From Pseudomonadota bacterium (GTDB lineage Bacteria; Desulfobacterota; Desulfobacteria; Desulfobacterales; RPRI01): DNA of 64,000 bases. The stretch covers positions 101,397 to 165,396 of the forward strand of contig JBDRRF010000103.1 of NCBI GenBank assembly GCA_043825875.1. Direction: 5' to 3'. The notes under the pieces are model-generated. The model was not told where the DNA came from. It searched no databases and saw only the letters and a list, made by a program, of their open reading frames with translations. The translations under genes and the position numbers were made by a program. Shown one piece after another: positions 51,802 to 61,575 of this stretch; position 1 is the first letter of the stretch, and each line of letters starts with the position of its first letter.

Positions 51802-52529
51802 TTTTTAATCCCCTTTGCCTTTAATGTATCCCGTTCTACTATATTAAGAAAATCAGCCGCAAAACTTTGCAGTTCAGAGTCAATATTTCTTATTTTTTGC
51901 ATGAAATAATTAAATGCTATTACAGCAGGTATTGCTGCTGCAAGACCTGCTGCAGTCGCTACAAGGGCCTCGGATATTCCGGGAGCAACAACCGCAAGTG
52001 TAGCCGATCCTCTTAACCCGATCCCGTGAAACGAATTCATGATACCCCAAACCGTACCAAACAATCCTATAAAAGGAGCAGTATTTCCGGTTGTTGCAAG
52101 AAACGGAACAAGGTGTGTAAGGCTTGTTACTTCGGAGTTAATGGCCCTTCTTAAAGCACGCTTAATATTATCCATCCCGGCAAACCGGGAACTTATAGTA
52201 ACATCTTCTGAATCTGAAGTTTTAGGGGCTGTAGAAACGCCAGACTGGCTTAACTTTGTAAGCTCCGCATAACCTATGCGAAAGATTCTTGCAACCGGGC
52301 TGCCGGTCAATTCTTTTGATTTTGTATAAACATCCGAAAAATCACGGCTTCTCCAGAAATAGTCAATAAAGAATTCGGATTCTTTATATGCCCGCTTTAT
52401 ATATTTGTATTTAAGAAAAATAATTGTCCAGGTAGACACAGAAAAAAGAACAAGAGTAAACAATACACCCTGTACTACAATTCCTGCGTTGCTTATCATG
52501 TGAAACAAATCCAGATGCTGGGAACCCAT
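51798..52529 (-). CDS. tolQ: TolQ
   Basis: APFIGLFGTVWGIM, VAPGISEALVATAAGL. Confidence 0.95.
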   Translation of the reverse strand: MGSQHLDLFHMISNAGIVVQGVLFTLVLFSVSTWTIIFLKYKYIKRAYKESEFFIDYFWRSRDFSDVYTKSKELTGSPVARIFRIGYAELTKLSQSGVSTAPKTSDSEDVTISSRFAGMDNIKRALRRAINSEVTSLTHLVPFLATTGNTAPFIGLFGTVWGIMNSFHGIGLRGSATLAVVAPGISEALVATAAGLAAAIPAVIAFNYFMQKIRNIDSELQSFAADFLNIVERDTLKAKGIKK

Positions 52530-52601
52530 AGAATTTACTCCGCTATATTGAGTATGTTTTGATAGAAAATAGATAGTTAACGGTAATCATTGAATTAGTA
52601 T

Positions 52602-52630
52602 TTTATATAGGCAATATACTGCTGTGTCAA
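52602..52630 (-). promoter_or_regulatory. Sigma-70 promoter of the tol-pal operon
   Basis: TTGACA-17 bp-TATAAA on the minus strand. Confidence 0.55.
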
Positions 52631-52736
52631 TAATAAGTTATGAGTAAAGCATTTAACAATTAGGCCATTTCAAAGGATGAATTATCAAAATAACTTATTG
52701 AATAATCTTGCAAGCAGTAAGTTAATTGAAGATTTA

Positions 52737-53543
52737 TTAATTATGACCATGTCTTAAGGAAATTTTGCCGAACATTACAACCAGCCCGGCTATAAGACCA
52801 TAGATCGCCTCGATATTGAGATTTTCTTCTACTGTTTTATCATAAAATATTGTAAGAGAAGATTCGAGGCCATCTTCCGGCCCGGAATAACAAATCAGTA
52901 TAGGCACTTTAGGAAGCGGATGTAAAACAATGGAAATATCGGCCGGATAATAGTGATCGACACGTTTTCCGCTAAATATCTGAAGCATGTCGTTGAAAAG
53001 TTCGGTATAAGTATCAGCTATTTTCCTTAAAGGTTTTTCGGCTCTCTGGGAGTAAAGCGGATACCATTCCTCACCACCTTTTAGTTCCCTGAAAGTAACC
53101 CACTCGCCTGATGGCGGGGTTCCTTTGGCATATAGTATATAATTCAAAATTGGTATTGCCGCCCATGGATTAACATGTATTTCCGTGATTATATTTCCCT
53201 TTTGATCAACGCTGAAATTCTTACCAAGGCACTGAAGCGTAAGTTTACCTGATTCAAATTGTCCCCCCAGTCTCTTTGCCGCTGCTGCCAGATCAATTGA
53301 AATTATTTTTTGCTTCAATTCTTTTATGGCGTCATCTTGCTGCTGAATAATTCCTTTTTTTACTTCAGTCTTTACATCAACTTGTCCGATTACGTTACTA
53401 TCCAGCCTGGGACAATCCTCAAGCTTTTTTTCTCTTTTGAAAACTGCTCCGGCAAAGGCCAGACATGTTGGTTTTCCACATTCCCGGCAATTAGATTTTT
53501 CAAGTAATTTTAGAATTTCTATTGGGTTGTTCAGATTTGCCAT
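52737..53543 (-). CDS. Fe-S domain plus DUF3786 protein
   Basis: N-terminal NCRECGKPTCLAFA...CP; WVTFRELKGG and PLPKVP pattern. Confidence 0.8.
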   Translation of the reverse strand: MANLNNPIEILKLLEKSNCRECGKPTCLAFAGAVFKREKKLEDCPRLDSNVIGQVDVKTEVKKGIIQQQDDAIKELKQKIISIDLAAAAKRLGGQFESGKLTLQCLGKNFSVDQKGNIITEIHVNPWAAIPILNYILYAKGTPPSGEWVTFRELKGGEEWYPLYSQRAEKPLRKIADTYTELFNDMLQIFSGKRVDHYYPADISIVLHPLPKVPILICYSGPEDGLESSLTIFYDKTVEENLNIEAIYGLIAGLVVMFGKISLRHGHN

Positions 53544-53681
53544 ATTCAGATTTCAGGTGTTATAATTTAGCCGCTTTTATTTCAGACAATTTCTATCCAT
53601 CGTATTTTATATAGTTGCTTTCTGTGTATCATATCTTAACAAAAGCATTTGCCTAAGGCAAGCCCGTTCGGCAATTTTCAC

Positions 53682-53740
53682 AGGTTAACCGCATTTGGAA
53701 TCAAATAGAATGTAGGAAAAATTCTAAATGCGGTTAACCT
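53682..53740. repeat. 20-bp inverted repeat in a divergent promoter region
   Basis: AGGTTAACCGCATTTGGAAT-19 nt-ATTCTAAATGCGGTTAACCT (1 mismatch). Confidence 0.8.
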
Positions 53741-53835
53741 ATAGACTTTAACGGATAATACTTGATTTAAAAACAATATTAATATAATTGCATGAATACT
53801 TAATACGATATAATAAAATGTGGAAATGTGAATAA

Positions 53836-54429
53836 ATGAAAAGCTCCGATACGAAACAAGAAATCTTGGATAAAGCTGTAGATCTTTTTTATGAGTATGG
53901 TTTTGTAAAAGCTTCTGTCAGAGATATTGTGCGAACTGTCGGGGTAACAAACTCCACAATATATGTTCATTTCAAAAATAAAGACGAGATACTTTATACA
54001 ATCATACAGGATATAGGATCAATAGTTTTAGAAGAACTTCACAAAGCAATAGCAAACAATGATGATCCTGTAAAATGTCTAAAAGAAATGATTTTCAGGC
54101 AAACCTGCCTTATCAAGGAAAAGCGAAAAGAGCTGAAAATTTATATTGAAGAACAATATCAACTTCCCAAAGCCTTGAGTTCGGAAGCTGTAAAACAGCA
54201 ACGCCAAATACATGATTTATATTTTAATAAATTTTGTGAGCTTGAAAAAATAGGCCTTTTGAAACAGGGAATAGACAAAACAATTATGGCTTTTTCAGTA
54301 TTTGCCATGATGAATTGGATATATCGCTGGTATAATGATAGCGGAAGGCTTTCAATTGAAGAAATCGCCAATCAAAGCATAGCAGTATTTTTCGGCGGTA
54401 TTATGGTTGAAAAAAGCAAAAAAAACTAA
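53836..54429 (+). CDS. TetR/AcrR family regulator (KstR2-like C-terminus)
   Basis: ILDKAVDLF..YG...IYVHFKNKDEIL HTH; MMNWIYRWY. Confidence 0.92.
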   Translation: MKSSDTKQEILDKAVDLFYEYGFVKASVRDIVRTVGVTNSTIYVHFKNKDEILYTIIQDIGSIVLEELHKAIANNDDPVKCLKEMIFRQTCLIKEKRKELKIYIEEQYQLPKALSSEAVKQQRQIHDLYFNKFCELEKIGLLKQGIDKTIMAFSVFAMMNWIYRWYNDSGRLSIEEIANQSIAVFFGGIMVEKSKKN

Positions 54430-54434
54430 TCGTG

Positions 54435-55166
54435 TTATAAGTTTTGCGCAGAAATTTTTACAGCTTCCCTAAAATCAAGCGTTCCGCTGTATATTGCTTT
54501 GCCTGTAATAACCCCTACAACTCCATATTTTTCAATTGATAGAAGATTTCTTATATCATCTATCGTTGAAACACCACCTGAGGCAACAACCGGAATATTT
54601 ACAGATTCGGCAAGCCGCTTTGTTTCCTCAAGATTAGGCCCTGTTTGCATTCCGTCTCTGTATATATCTGTAAAATTAATTGCCGCAACTCCGCAATCTT
54701 CATAAGTCTTTGCAAGATCTACAGCTTTCATTTCCGTCGTTTCCGTCCATCCTTCTATTGCAACAAAACCTTTTTTCGCATCAATTCCTACTACTACTTG
54801 TTTTGGATACATGCGGCAAATATCTTTAACAAATTTGGGATTTTTGTGCGCTTCCGTTCCTATTACTATCCTTTTAACACCGATATCTAAAAACATTTTG
54901 GCGGTTTCTTCATTTCTTATTCCTCCGCCAACTTGTATGTCAACTTTTACAGTTGATAGTATTTTTTTTATGGCCATAAGATTAACAGGGGTTTTTTCAA
55001 AAGCCCCGTCAAGATCAACCACATGAATCAATTTTGCTCCCTGCTTCTCCCATTTTTGGGCCATAGCAGAAGGATCATCTGAAAATATAGTTTCACGATC
55101 CTTTTCGCCCTGTAAAAGCCGGACACATTTTCCGTTTTTTATATCTACTGCAGGTATAATAATCAT
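54435..55166 (-). CDS. hisA: ProFAR isomerase
   Basis: IPAVDIKNGKCVRL, HVVDLDGA, VGGGIR, TDIYRDG, ASGG. Confidence 0.96.
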   Translation of the reverse strand: MIIIPAVDIKNGKCVRLLQGEKDRETIFSDDPSAMAQKWEKQGAKLIHVVDLDGAFEKTPVNLMAIKKILSTVKVDIQVGGGIRNEETAKMFLDIGVKRIVIGTEAHKNPKFVKDICRMYPKQVVVGIDAKKGFVAIEGWTETTEMKAVDLAKTYEDCGVAAINFTDIYRDGMQTGPNLEETKRLAESVNIPVVASGGVSTIDDIRNLLSIEKYGVVGVITGKAIYSGTLDFREAVKISAQNL

Positions 55167-55891
55167 TTTGTGAAAAATATATGAATCATCTCTTCAAGAC
55201 CCGGTTTTGCCAGATCTTCTGCAACAACCCATTTTCCTCCTCTTTTAATAAATTTTCCTATCTCAAACAGATTTTCGCTAAGCGGCTGCTGGGTTTCATC
55301 CATATGCCCGGTCCATATAATACGGCGTTCCGAAACACTTATAAGATGCAAATCAAAAGCAACCGAAGCAGGAGAATCTGCACCATAATTAGTTCCTACA
55401 CGTTGCTTGAAACGGTAAATATGCCCCAAAAAAACAGCATCTGCCCCAACTGATTGTCCTATTTCAGCAATTTTGTCAGTCGCTGCTTTCGAGTCTTGAA
55501 AGCATATTTTAAAGTCACCTGAAAGAAACTCTGCTCTATCAGGTGGAATTATTTTAAAATCGGAATTTTTTTCCAGCAGAGAAAAAAGATGATTTGTCAG
55601 CATAACATCCGCATCTTCTGCAATGTCTCCGGTAAAAAACATACTTCCGCATAGCGGGCATCTTATATTATTCTCTTTACCGCAAAAGTCAGTATAATTT
55701 TTGAAGCGGAGAATAAGAACTTTTTCCATTTTCCCCTTGATAGGTAGAACTTCATGTTTAACTTTGCTGGAACTGCAGGCCGAAAGAACTAAAGGTATAA
55801 AAAACAACAAACAAATTAACTTTACAAGACTTGCTTTCCTTTTAATAATACCCCCGGCAAATAAGCCAAATAATGAATTTTTTAAGATCAT
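55163..55891 (-). CDS. Lipoprotein of unknown function inside the his operon
   Basis: Lipobox LSAC, CPLC, GADAV; 4-bp overlaps with both hisB and hisA. Confidence 0.8.
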   Translation of the reverse strand: MILKNSLFGLFAGGIIKRKASLVKLICLLFFIPLVLSACSSSKVKHEVLPIKGKMEKVLILRFKNYTDFCGKENNIRCPLCGSMFFTGDIAEDADVMLTNHLFSLLEKNSDFKIIPPDRAEFLSGDFKICFQDSKAATDKIAEIGQSVGADAVFLGHIYRFKQRVGTNYGADSPASVAFDLHLISVSERRIIWTGHMDETQQPLSENLFEIGKFIKRGGKWVVAEDLAKPGLEEMIHIFFTK

Positions 55892-56475
55892 AATACTCCT
55901 TTTGTGGAGCAGATTCCGGTTATCCGTTCATCAAAAGACGTTGCCTGATCAAGTGCTCTTCCGGCAGCTTTGAAAACGGATTCGATGATGTGGTGTTCAT
56001 CCTGGCCGTAAAATGTATTGATATGAAGATTCATACCAGCTTTTGTTGAAAAAGCTCTGAAAAATTCCCTTGCAAGTGCAATAGTAAATGTAGCCCCTGA
56101 ATTTGAAATAATAGGCACATTGTAAACCAAATAAGGTCGGTTTGAAAGATCAATAGTAACCGAAGTCAAGGAATCATCCATAGGAACCGTAAAATTACCG
56201 TAACGTCTTATGCCTTTTCTGTCGCCAAGAGCTTTGTTTAATACATCTCCCAACACAAGACCCACATCTTCCACTGTATGATGGAAATCAACCTCAATAT
56301 CGCCTTTTGCTTTTACTGTCAGATCAAAAAAACCGTGCGCAGAGAAAAGAGACAGCATATGATCAAAAAAAGGGATGCCGGTATCTACTTCATGTTTTCC
56401 GGTTCCATCCAGTAAGAACTTAATGCTGATTTGTGTTTCTTTTGTCTTACGCTCAACATCGGCTGTACGATTCAT
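55888..56475 (-). CDS. hisB: Imidazoleglycerol-phosphate dehydratase
   Basis: RKTKET, FFDHML, HHTVED, HHIIE, STKG. Confidence 0.97.
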   Translation of the reverse strand: MNRTADVERKTKETQISIKFLLDGTGKHEVDTGIPFFDHMLSLFSAHGFFDLTVKAKGDIEVDFHHTVEDVGLVLGDVLNKALGDRKGIRRYGNFTVPMDDSLTSVTIDLSNRPYLVYNVPIISNSGATFTIALAREFFRAFSTKAGMNLHINTFYGQDEHHIIESVFKAAGRALDQATSFDERITGICSTKGVL

Positions 56476-56611
56476 AACACACCTTCAATTCATTATATAT
56501 TAAGTATTAACGCTGTTTATTTGTATGCCGATATACTTTAAGTGTCAACCCAATATATTGTTGTTTCCAACCAATCTGCTTGCATATTATTCTATCCTTA
56601 TTTTTATTCAT

Positions 56612-56820
56612 CTAATTGTTTCGTTTGGCTTCTTTAAGTTTATCAACATCGATCATATCTTGTGGCCTTGCACTCGCTTCTTTTGCTCTGATAAGATCAG
56701 GAAGTGAAATGAACAGAATCTTTATATCATCCAAACTGCATATCCACCCACTATAAGATATCTTACTTTATATTTTTCGAAAAGTTTCAACAGTTCTTTG
56801 AAGTCTGGACTCGTCAGCAT
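56612..56820 (-). pseudogene. Internally deleted minimal nucleotidyltransferase-like gene
   Basis: MLTSPDFKELLKLFEKYKVRYLIVGGYAV joined out of frame to ISLPDLIRAKEASARPQD; the catalytic middle is missing. Confidence 0.7.
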
Positions 56821-56965
56821 TTTTCCCTCTAATCAACAAATAATCATTTATCATATCCGCAGCTGCTTCAAAAATGGCAATATCTCCCTGTGATTGCCAG
56901 AAACGGATATCGAATAAACGTTTATCGTCCTTAATACGTTGGTAGTTTTCTTCCGTTTTTTTCAT
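56768..56965 (-). CDS. Small hypothetical protein overlapping the nucleotidyltransferase gene (possible TA partner)
   Basis: MKKTEENY...FDIRFWQSQG...RLQRTV; 65 aa. Confidence 0.65.
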   Translation of the reverse strand: MKKTEENYQRIKDDKRLFDIRFWQSQGDIAIFEAAADMINDYLLIRGKNADESRLQRTVETFRKI

Positions 56966-57187
56966 ACTTTTTCCTATAGATGAATTAAGTAAACATAGCA
57001 CTAATATTCTTGTAAGATTACTTCATGACTGAATTTACATTTGAAATATTATTCTAATTATCTATACCAATTCATTTGAAAAATCAACAATCATTTTACT
57101 GTGTTATTCATATCGAATCAAATTTACAGCCTTATGTGTCACCAAACAGAGTTTAGAAGATTATATATAGCTAAAGGCTATGCAATA

Positions 57188-57329
57188 GAGCCAATTGCAA
57201 AACGTCCCATTTTGGCCGATCTCTGCGTTGGGCTCAAATTTTAATCCTCGAAATACTCTATGTATTCCTGCGATTAAAATTTTCGCCCGTCTTGAGCTTG
57301 ACCAAACTGAAACGTTTTGAAACAGGCTC
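57188..57329 (-). mobile_element. MITE family A, fifth full copy (short form, 142 bp)
   Basis: GAGCCAATTGCAAAAC...GTTTTGAAACAGGCTC; flanked by direct repeat AATA. Confidence 0.85.
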
Positions 57330-57531
57330 AATATACTAAACTTAATAGCATTCTTGAAAGCGGGATAACAAATATTTTCATCAAAACAATAGATTTACAT
57401 CACAAATCATAATAAAAATCACCATATCTGAAAGGCTTTTTTTTGAGAATTACGGTAAAACAGGAATTGGAATTGAACATTTTACGCCTAAGAGCGTAAA
57501 ATGAATACTATACAAGATCGATAATATTATT

Positions 57532-58089
57532 ATGTCATATATTTGGCGACTTAATTATAAATACAATATTGATGCGGCTAAAAAACATAAAATTGAAGAA
57601 AAACATATCCAGACAGATCATATAAGCATTGAGCCGCGGTATGAGCACCAATATGAACACAGGAAATTTATAGGATATTTTGTAAGAAAATCAATAGTTC
57701 TCACTATTAGAGATACATCTGAATTTGAAAATATTCTAACCAGCGTGCTTGAGGCCGGAGCAAATTATGTTCATGGTGTACAATTTCGTACTACAGAACT
57801 TCGGAAACATAGAGATAAAGCCAGGCTGCTTGCTATCAAAGCTGCCCGGGAAAAAGCAAATGACCTGGCTAAAGAACTTGGACAAAAAGTAGGCAAACCA
57901 TATGAAATTAATGAAAATCCTTCCGGTTGGTGGTCATGGTATAACTCTTCGTGGGGATCAAGATGGGGTGGCGGCATGGCCCAAAATGTAATGCAAAATG
58001 CTGCCGGTTCTTCGGGATCAGACAGCAGCATTGCCTTAGGACAAATTAAAGTAAATGCAAAAATAACAGTGAGTTTTGAAATTGAATAA
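57532..58089 (+). pseudogene. SIMPL (DUF541) family protein, N-terminally truncated
   Basis: IQTDHISIEPRY, GANYVHGVQF, AIKAAREKA..LA, ITVSFEI; no signal peptide or first beta-strands. Confidence 0.7.
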
Positions 58090-58129
58090 AATGAATTAAC
58101 TATTTGAAATCTTATCTTTATAAGACGAA

Positions 58130-58159
58130 AAAAGGCTGGTTGTATTTTACCAGCCTTTT
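58130..58159. terminator. Bidirectional intrinsic terminator downstream of the tRNA
   Basis: AAAAGGCTGGT..ACCAGCCTTTT hairpin with A/T tracts on both sides. Confidence 0.75.
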
Positions 58160-58194
58160 CTTTTTTGAAATGGTTATATTCTATTTATTTTATT

Positions 58195-58270
58195 TGGTGG
58201 AGATGAGGAGGTTCGAACTCCTGGCCTCAGCGTTGCGAACGCTGCGCTCTCCCAACTGAGCTACATCCCC
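58195..58270 (-). tRNA. tRNA-Ala (anticodon CGC)
   Basis: GGGGATGTAGCTCAGTTGGGAGAGCGCAGCGTTCGCAACGCTGAGGCCAGGAGTTCGAACCTCCTCATCTCCACCA; G3:U70 pair, encoded CCA. Confidence 0.96.
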
Positions 58271-58388
58271 ATATTTATGTTTTAATAACAAATTAAAAAA
58301 ATCCGGTCAATTTAAAATTTAATTTTATGTTTAAGCTGTATAATGTTAAAGGGGGCAATGCAGATTATTCTAAACGGAGGATTTTTAA

Positions 58389-60119
58389 ATGAGTTATGAA
58401 ATTATTCTAAATGATGCTTTCAAGCGTTTTACACTTGATCAGGACAAAATCAAAACACCGGAAGAAACCGTAAATAGCTTTAAAGAAAAACTTAAAGACC
58501 TTGATCTTGATATTCTTGAAAGCACTTCACGAATAGATAATGGCAGGCTAAAAATTCCCGTTTATTTCAGCGTATGCGGTAAAGACGCTTCAAATATTAC
58601 CGGAACGAAAAAGCAGATGGGAAAAGGCGCAACTCCTTCACAAGCCGAAGCAAGCGCTGTAATGGAACTTGCAGAAAGATTCAGCTTTTTTTCTTTTTGC
58701 CAAAACCCCGATAATTTTTTCTATGAAAAGCCTGCTAATATAAATGATAACGCAATCTCTTTTGAGATGATTGCAAAATCGGTTCATGACTCTTCGGATG
58801 ATTTAAAAATAACAAAAAATATATATGATAACCTTACGCTTAAATGGACACAGGCATATAACCTGACAAAAAAAGAGCCGGTGCTTATTCCCTTTAACTG
58901 GTTTTATATGATTAATGAATTCAACGGTCCATCCGCCGGAAATTGTGTGGAAGAAGCATTGAGTCAGGGAATATGTGAAATTGTTGAACGGCATGTCTCA
59001 TCACTAATCAGCACAAAGAAACTAAAAGTTTCTTTGATCAATCCTGATTCAGCAACAGATCCAATGGTAGTTGAAATGATAGAAAACTACCGTGCCGCAG
59101 GAATTAAACTATATATTTCGGACTTTTCTTTAGGACTTGGAATACCAACCGTAGGTGTGCTTGCTTATGATCCGTCAACCTTTCCTGAAAAAAGTGAAAT
59201 TGTGTGGACAGCAGGAACCACACCTGACCCTCAAAAGGCTTTAAGCAGGGCTCTTACGGAAGTAGCCCAGCTTGCCGGAGATTTCAATACAGCCTCAAAT
59301 TATGTTGCCAGCGGACTTCCAAAATTTACTACTCTCGACAATGCCCGGTTTATAATTGAGACCGATACATTTATAAATATTAACAGCCTACCGGATATTT
59401 CCGACAATAATATCAAAGTAGAAGTAGAAAACCTGATTTCATCGCTTCACGCAAACGATATGGAAGTAATAGTTATAAACACCATGCATCCCAAGCTTAA
59501 GATTCCTGCATTTTACACCATAGTACCGGGCGCTCATTTCAGGGAAAGAGCTGCACGTGCAAGCACCGGTTTGTTCTGCGCCAAGATTATTATTGAAAAT
59601 TACGAACCCGAAAAAGCTCTTTATGAATTAATGAATATGGACCAGTTGCTTACCGGAAAATATTACATCAAGTTTTATATCGGCCAGTCATATCTTTTGT
59701 TAAATGATCCCGGCTCGGCATTACCTTATTTTAAACAGGCTCTCAAGTTAGACCCTTCAAAACAGGATATTCCCAGCATATATTCTTATCTTGGTGTATG
59801 TCTTAAAGAAATGGGGGAATACCGGCAGGCGATTTCCATGCTAAAAGAAGGTGAGAAATATGACAATGAAAGAACGGATATTTTCAACCTGATGGGATTT
59901 TGTCACTTCATGCTTAAAGAACATGAAATAGCTATCGAAAATTTTATGAAAGTTATAAAATTAGACCCAGCCTCTGCAATAGATTATGCAAATATAGCTT
60001 CAAATTACCGCGATATGGGAGAAAAAGAAAAAGCAATATACTATTACAAAACAGCTATCGACCTTGACCCTTCAATAGAATTTGCAAAAACCAATTTAAG
60101 TAAACTTCTTAAATCATGA
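58389..60119 (+). CDS. YcaO-family protein with C-terminal TPR domain
   Basis: KQMGKG, SAVMELAERFS, NGPSAG, ICEIVERH, RALTEVAQ; about 4 TPRs at the C-terminus. Confidence 0.88.
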   Translation: MSYEIILNDAFKRFTLDQDKIKTPEETVNSFKEKLKDLDLDILESTSRIDNGRLKIPVYFSVCGKDASNITGTKKQMGKGATPSQAEASAVMELAERFSFFSFCQNPDNFFYEKPANINDNAISFEMIAKSVHDSSDDLKITKNIYDNLTLKWTQAYNLTKKEPVLIPFNWFYMINEFNGPSAGNCVEEALSQGICEIVERHVSSLISTKKLKVSLINPDSATDPMVVEMIENYRAAGIKLYISDFSLGLGIPTVGVLAYDPSTFPEKSEIVWTAGTTPDPQKALSRALTEVAQLAGDFNTASNYVASGLPKFTTLDNARFIIETDTFININSLPDISDNNIKVEVENLISSLHANDMEVIVINTMHPKLKIPAFYTIVPGAHFRERAARASTGLFCAKIIIENYEPEKALYELMNMDQLLTGKYYIKFYIGQSYLLLNDPGSALPYFKQALKLDPSKQDIPSIYSYLGVCLKEMGEYRQAISMLKEGEKYDNERTDIFNLMGFCHFMLKEHEIAIENFMKVIKLDPASAIDYANIASNYRDMGEKEKAIYYYKTAIDLDPSIEFAKTNLSKLLKS

Positions 60120-60133
60120 AAACCTGTAAACAA

Positions 60134-61264
60134 TCAGACATATCTTTTCCCATATTCTTTTTCAAATACGTTTTCATAACCTTTTATCATACGTGTGGAA
60201 GAAAAATTTGTAACAGCCCGCTCTTTAGCATTGGCACCAAGCTTTTTAAAATCTTTTTCAGGCAAAGAAATCAATTCTTGCATCGCCAGAGCAAAACCAT
60301 CTGTATCTAAAGGTTCTAATAGCCTTCCTATTTCTGCTTCATTGAAAACTTCAGGGATTCCTCCAACATTAGAAGCAATAACCGGTAACTCCGATGCCAT
60401 AGCTTCCAATAAGGCTAAGCATAAGCCTTCGCGTAATGAAGGGATAACAAAGACATCAATAGCTTTAAGAAATTCCGGAATCTTTGTTATGAAGCCAAGA
60501 AAAAATACCTTTTTGTTTAAGCCGTATTTATCCACCAGATCTTTAAGTTCTGTTTCGAGCGGACCCGTCCCAGCTATAACCAAAACACTATCAGGTGTTG
60601 TATCAACAAATTTTGCAAACGCTTCGATCAATGTTTTATGATTTTTTACTGTTGATAACCTTCCTGCTGTGCCAAACCAGTACTTAGCAGTGACTTCCGG
60701 TAAAAAATTATTTCTTGCGTCTGCTTTATCCCGTGTAACAAGAAAATCATCAAAGGGAAGTCCATTTTGAATAACGGTTATTTTTTTCTCATTTAAACAC
60801 CAGCTTGTCTTAACAATATATTCTTTTACTCCGTTTGATACACAGATGATTCCCGTCAATATTTTATTAATAACCTGCTCTTTTAGTTTTCTGAAAATTG
60901 ATTTATTGTTTCTAGTACCATGGATAGTTGAAAAAACGGCGGGATTAGTTTTAGAAATCCATGCCGCTGTAACGCCTATCTCTGTTGGACGACGGCGATG
61001 GCAGTTTATGATATGGATGTTTTCTTCTTCAATTATTTTTCTTATTTTAGAAATAGCGGAATAACGATACCAACGGGCTTTTTTTTTATCTATATTTAAA
61101 TAGATAGCTTTGCAGCCAGCTTTTTCAATTTTGTTATTCCCGTCATTTTTACCACTTAAATAACAAACTATTGTTTTAAATTTAGTTTTATCAAGCGCGG
61201 CCTGAACATTAAGAAGAGGGTAGTTCCCAGAATATGTGCTGGTAATATATAATAGATTTATCAT
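60134..61264 (-). CDS. Glycosyltransferase family 4
   Basis: GRLSTVKN, PSLREGLCLALLEAMA. Confidence 0.92.
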   Translation of the reverse strand: MINLLYITSTYSGNYPLLNVQAALDKTKFKTIVCYLSGKNDGNNKIEKAGCKAIYLNIDKKKARWYRYSAISKIRKIIEEENIHIINCHRRRPTEIGVTAAWISKTNPAVFSTIHGTRNNKSIFRKLKEQVINKILTGIICVSNGVKEYIVKTSWCLNEKKITVIQNGLPFDDFLVTRDKADARNNFLPEVTAKYWFGTAGRLSTVKNHKTLIEAFAKFVDTTPDSVLVIAGTGPLETELKDLVDKYGLNKKVFFLGFITKIPEFLKAIDVFVIPSLREGLCLALLEAMASELPVIASNVGGIPEVFNEAEIGRLLEPLDTDGFALAMQELISLPEKDFKKLGANAKERAVTNFSSTRMIKGYENVFEKEYGKRYV

Positions 61265-61575
61265 AATTTGCTACTCTAATAGTATGTTGCCATATTCTTC
61301 AGTCAAAAAAATAACCATGAAATCTTTTTTATATGGATATTGGGATCTTACATGCATTACATGCGCATTTATGTAATTTTTGGCTTATATATATCATAAA
61401 GCAAATTATATCAATATAATGTTAGTTCTGGGTGATTAAAATATGCTTAAACGCCCACCGGTTGGGTCTTATAACCTTTCTTGACATATAAGGCTAATTT
61501 TCCTATACTTTGGGCCTTAAAAAACAAGTTCTTATAACCGATTGCCAACAACCGACGCGTGAAAATAACAAATTC

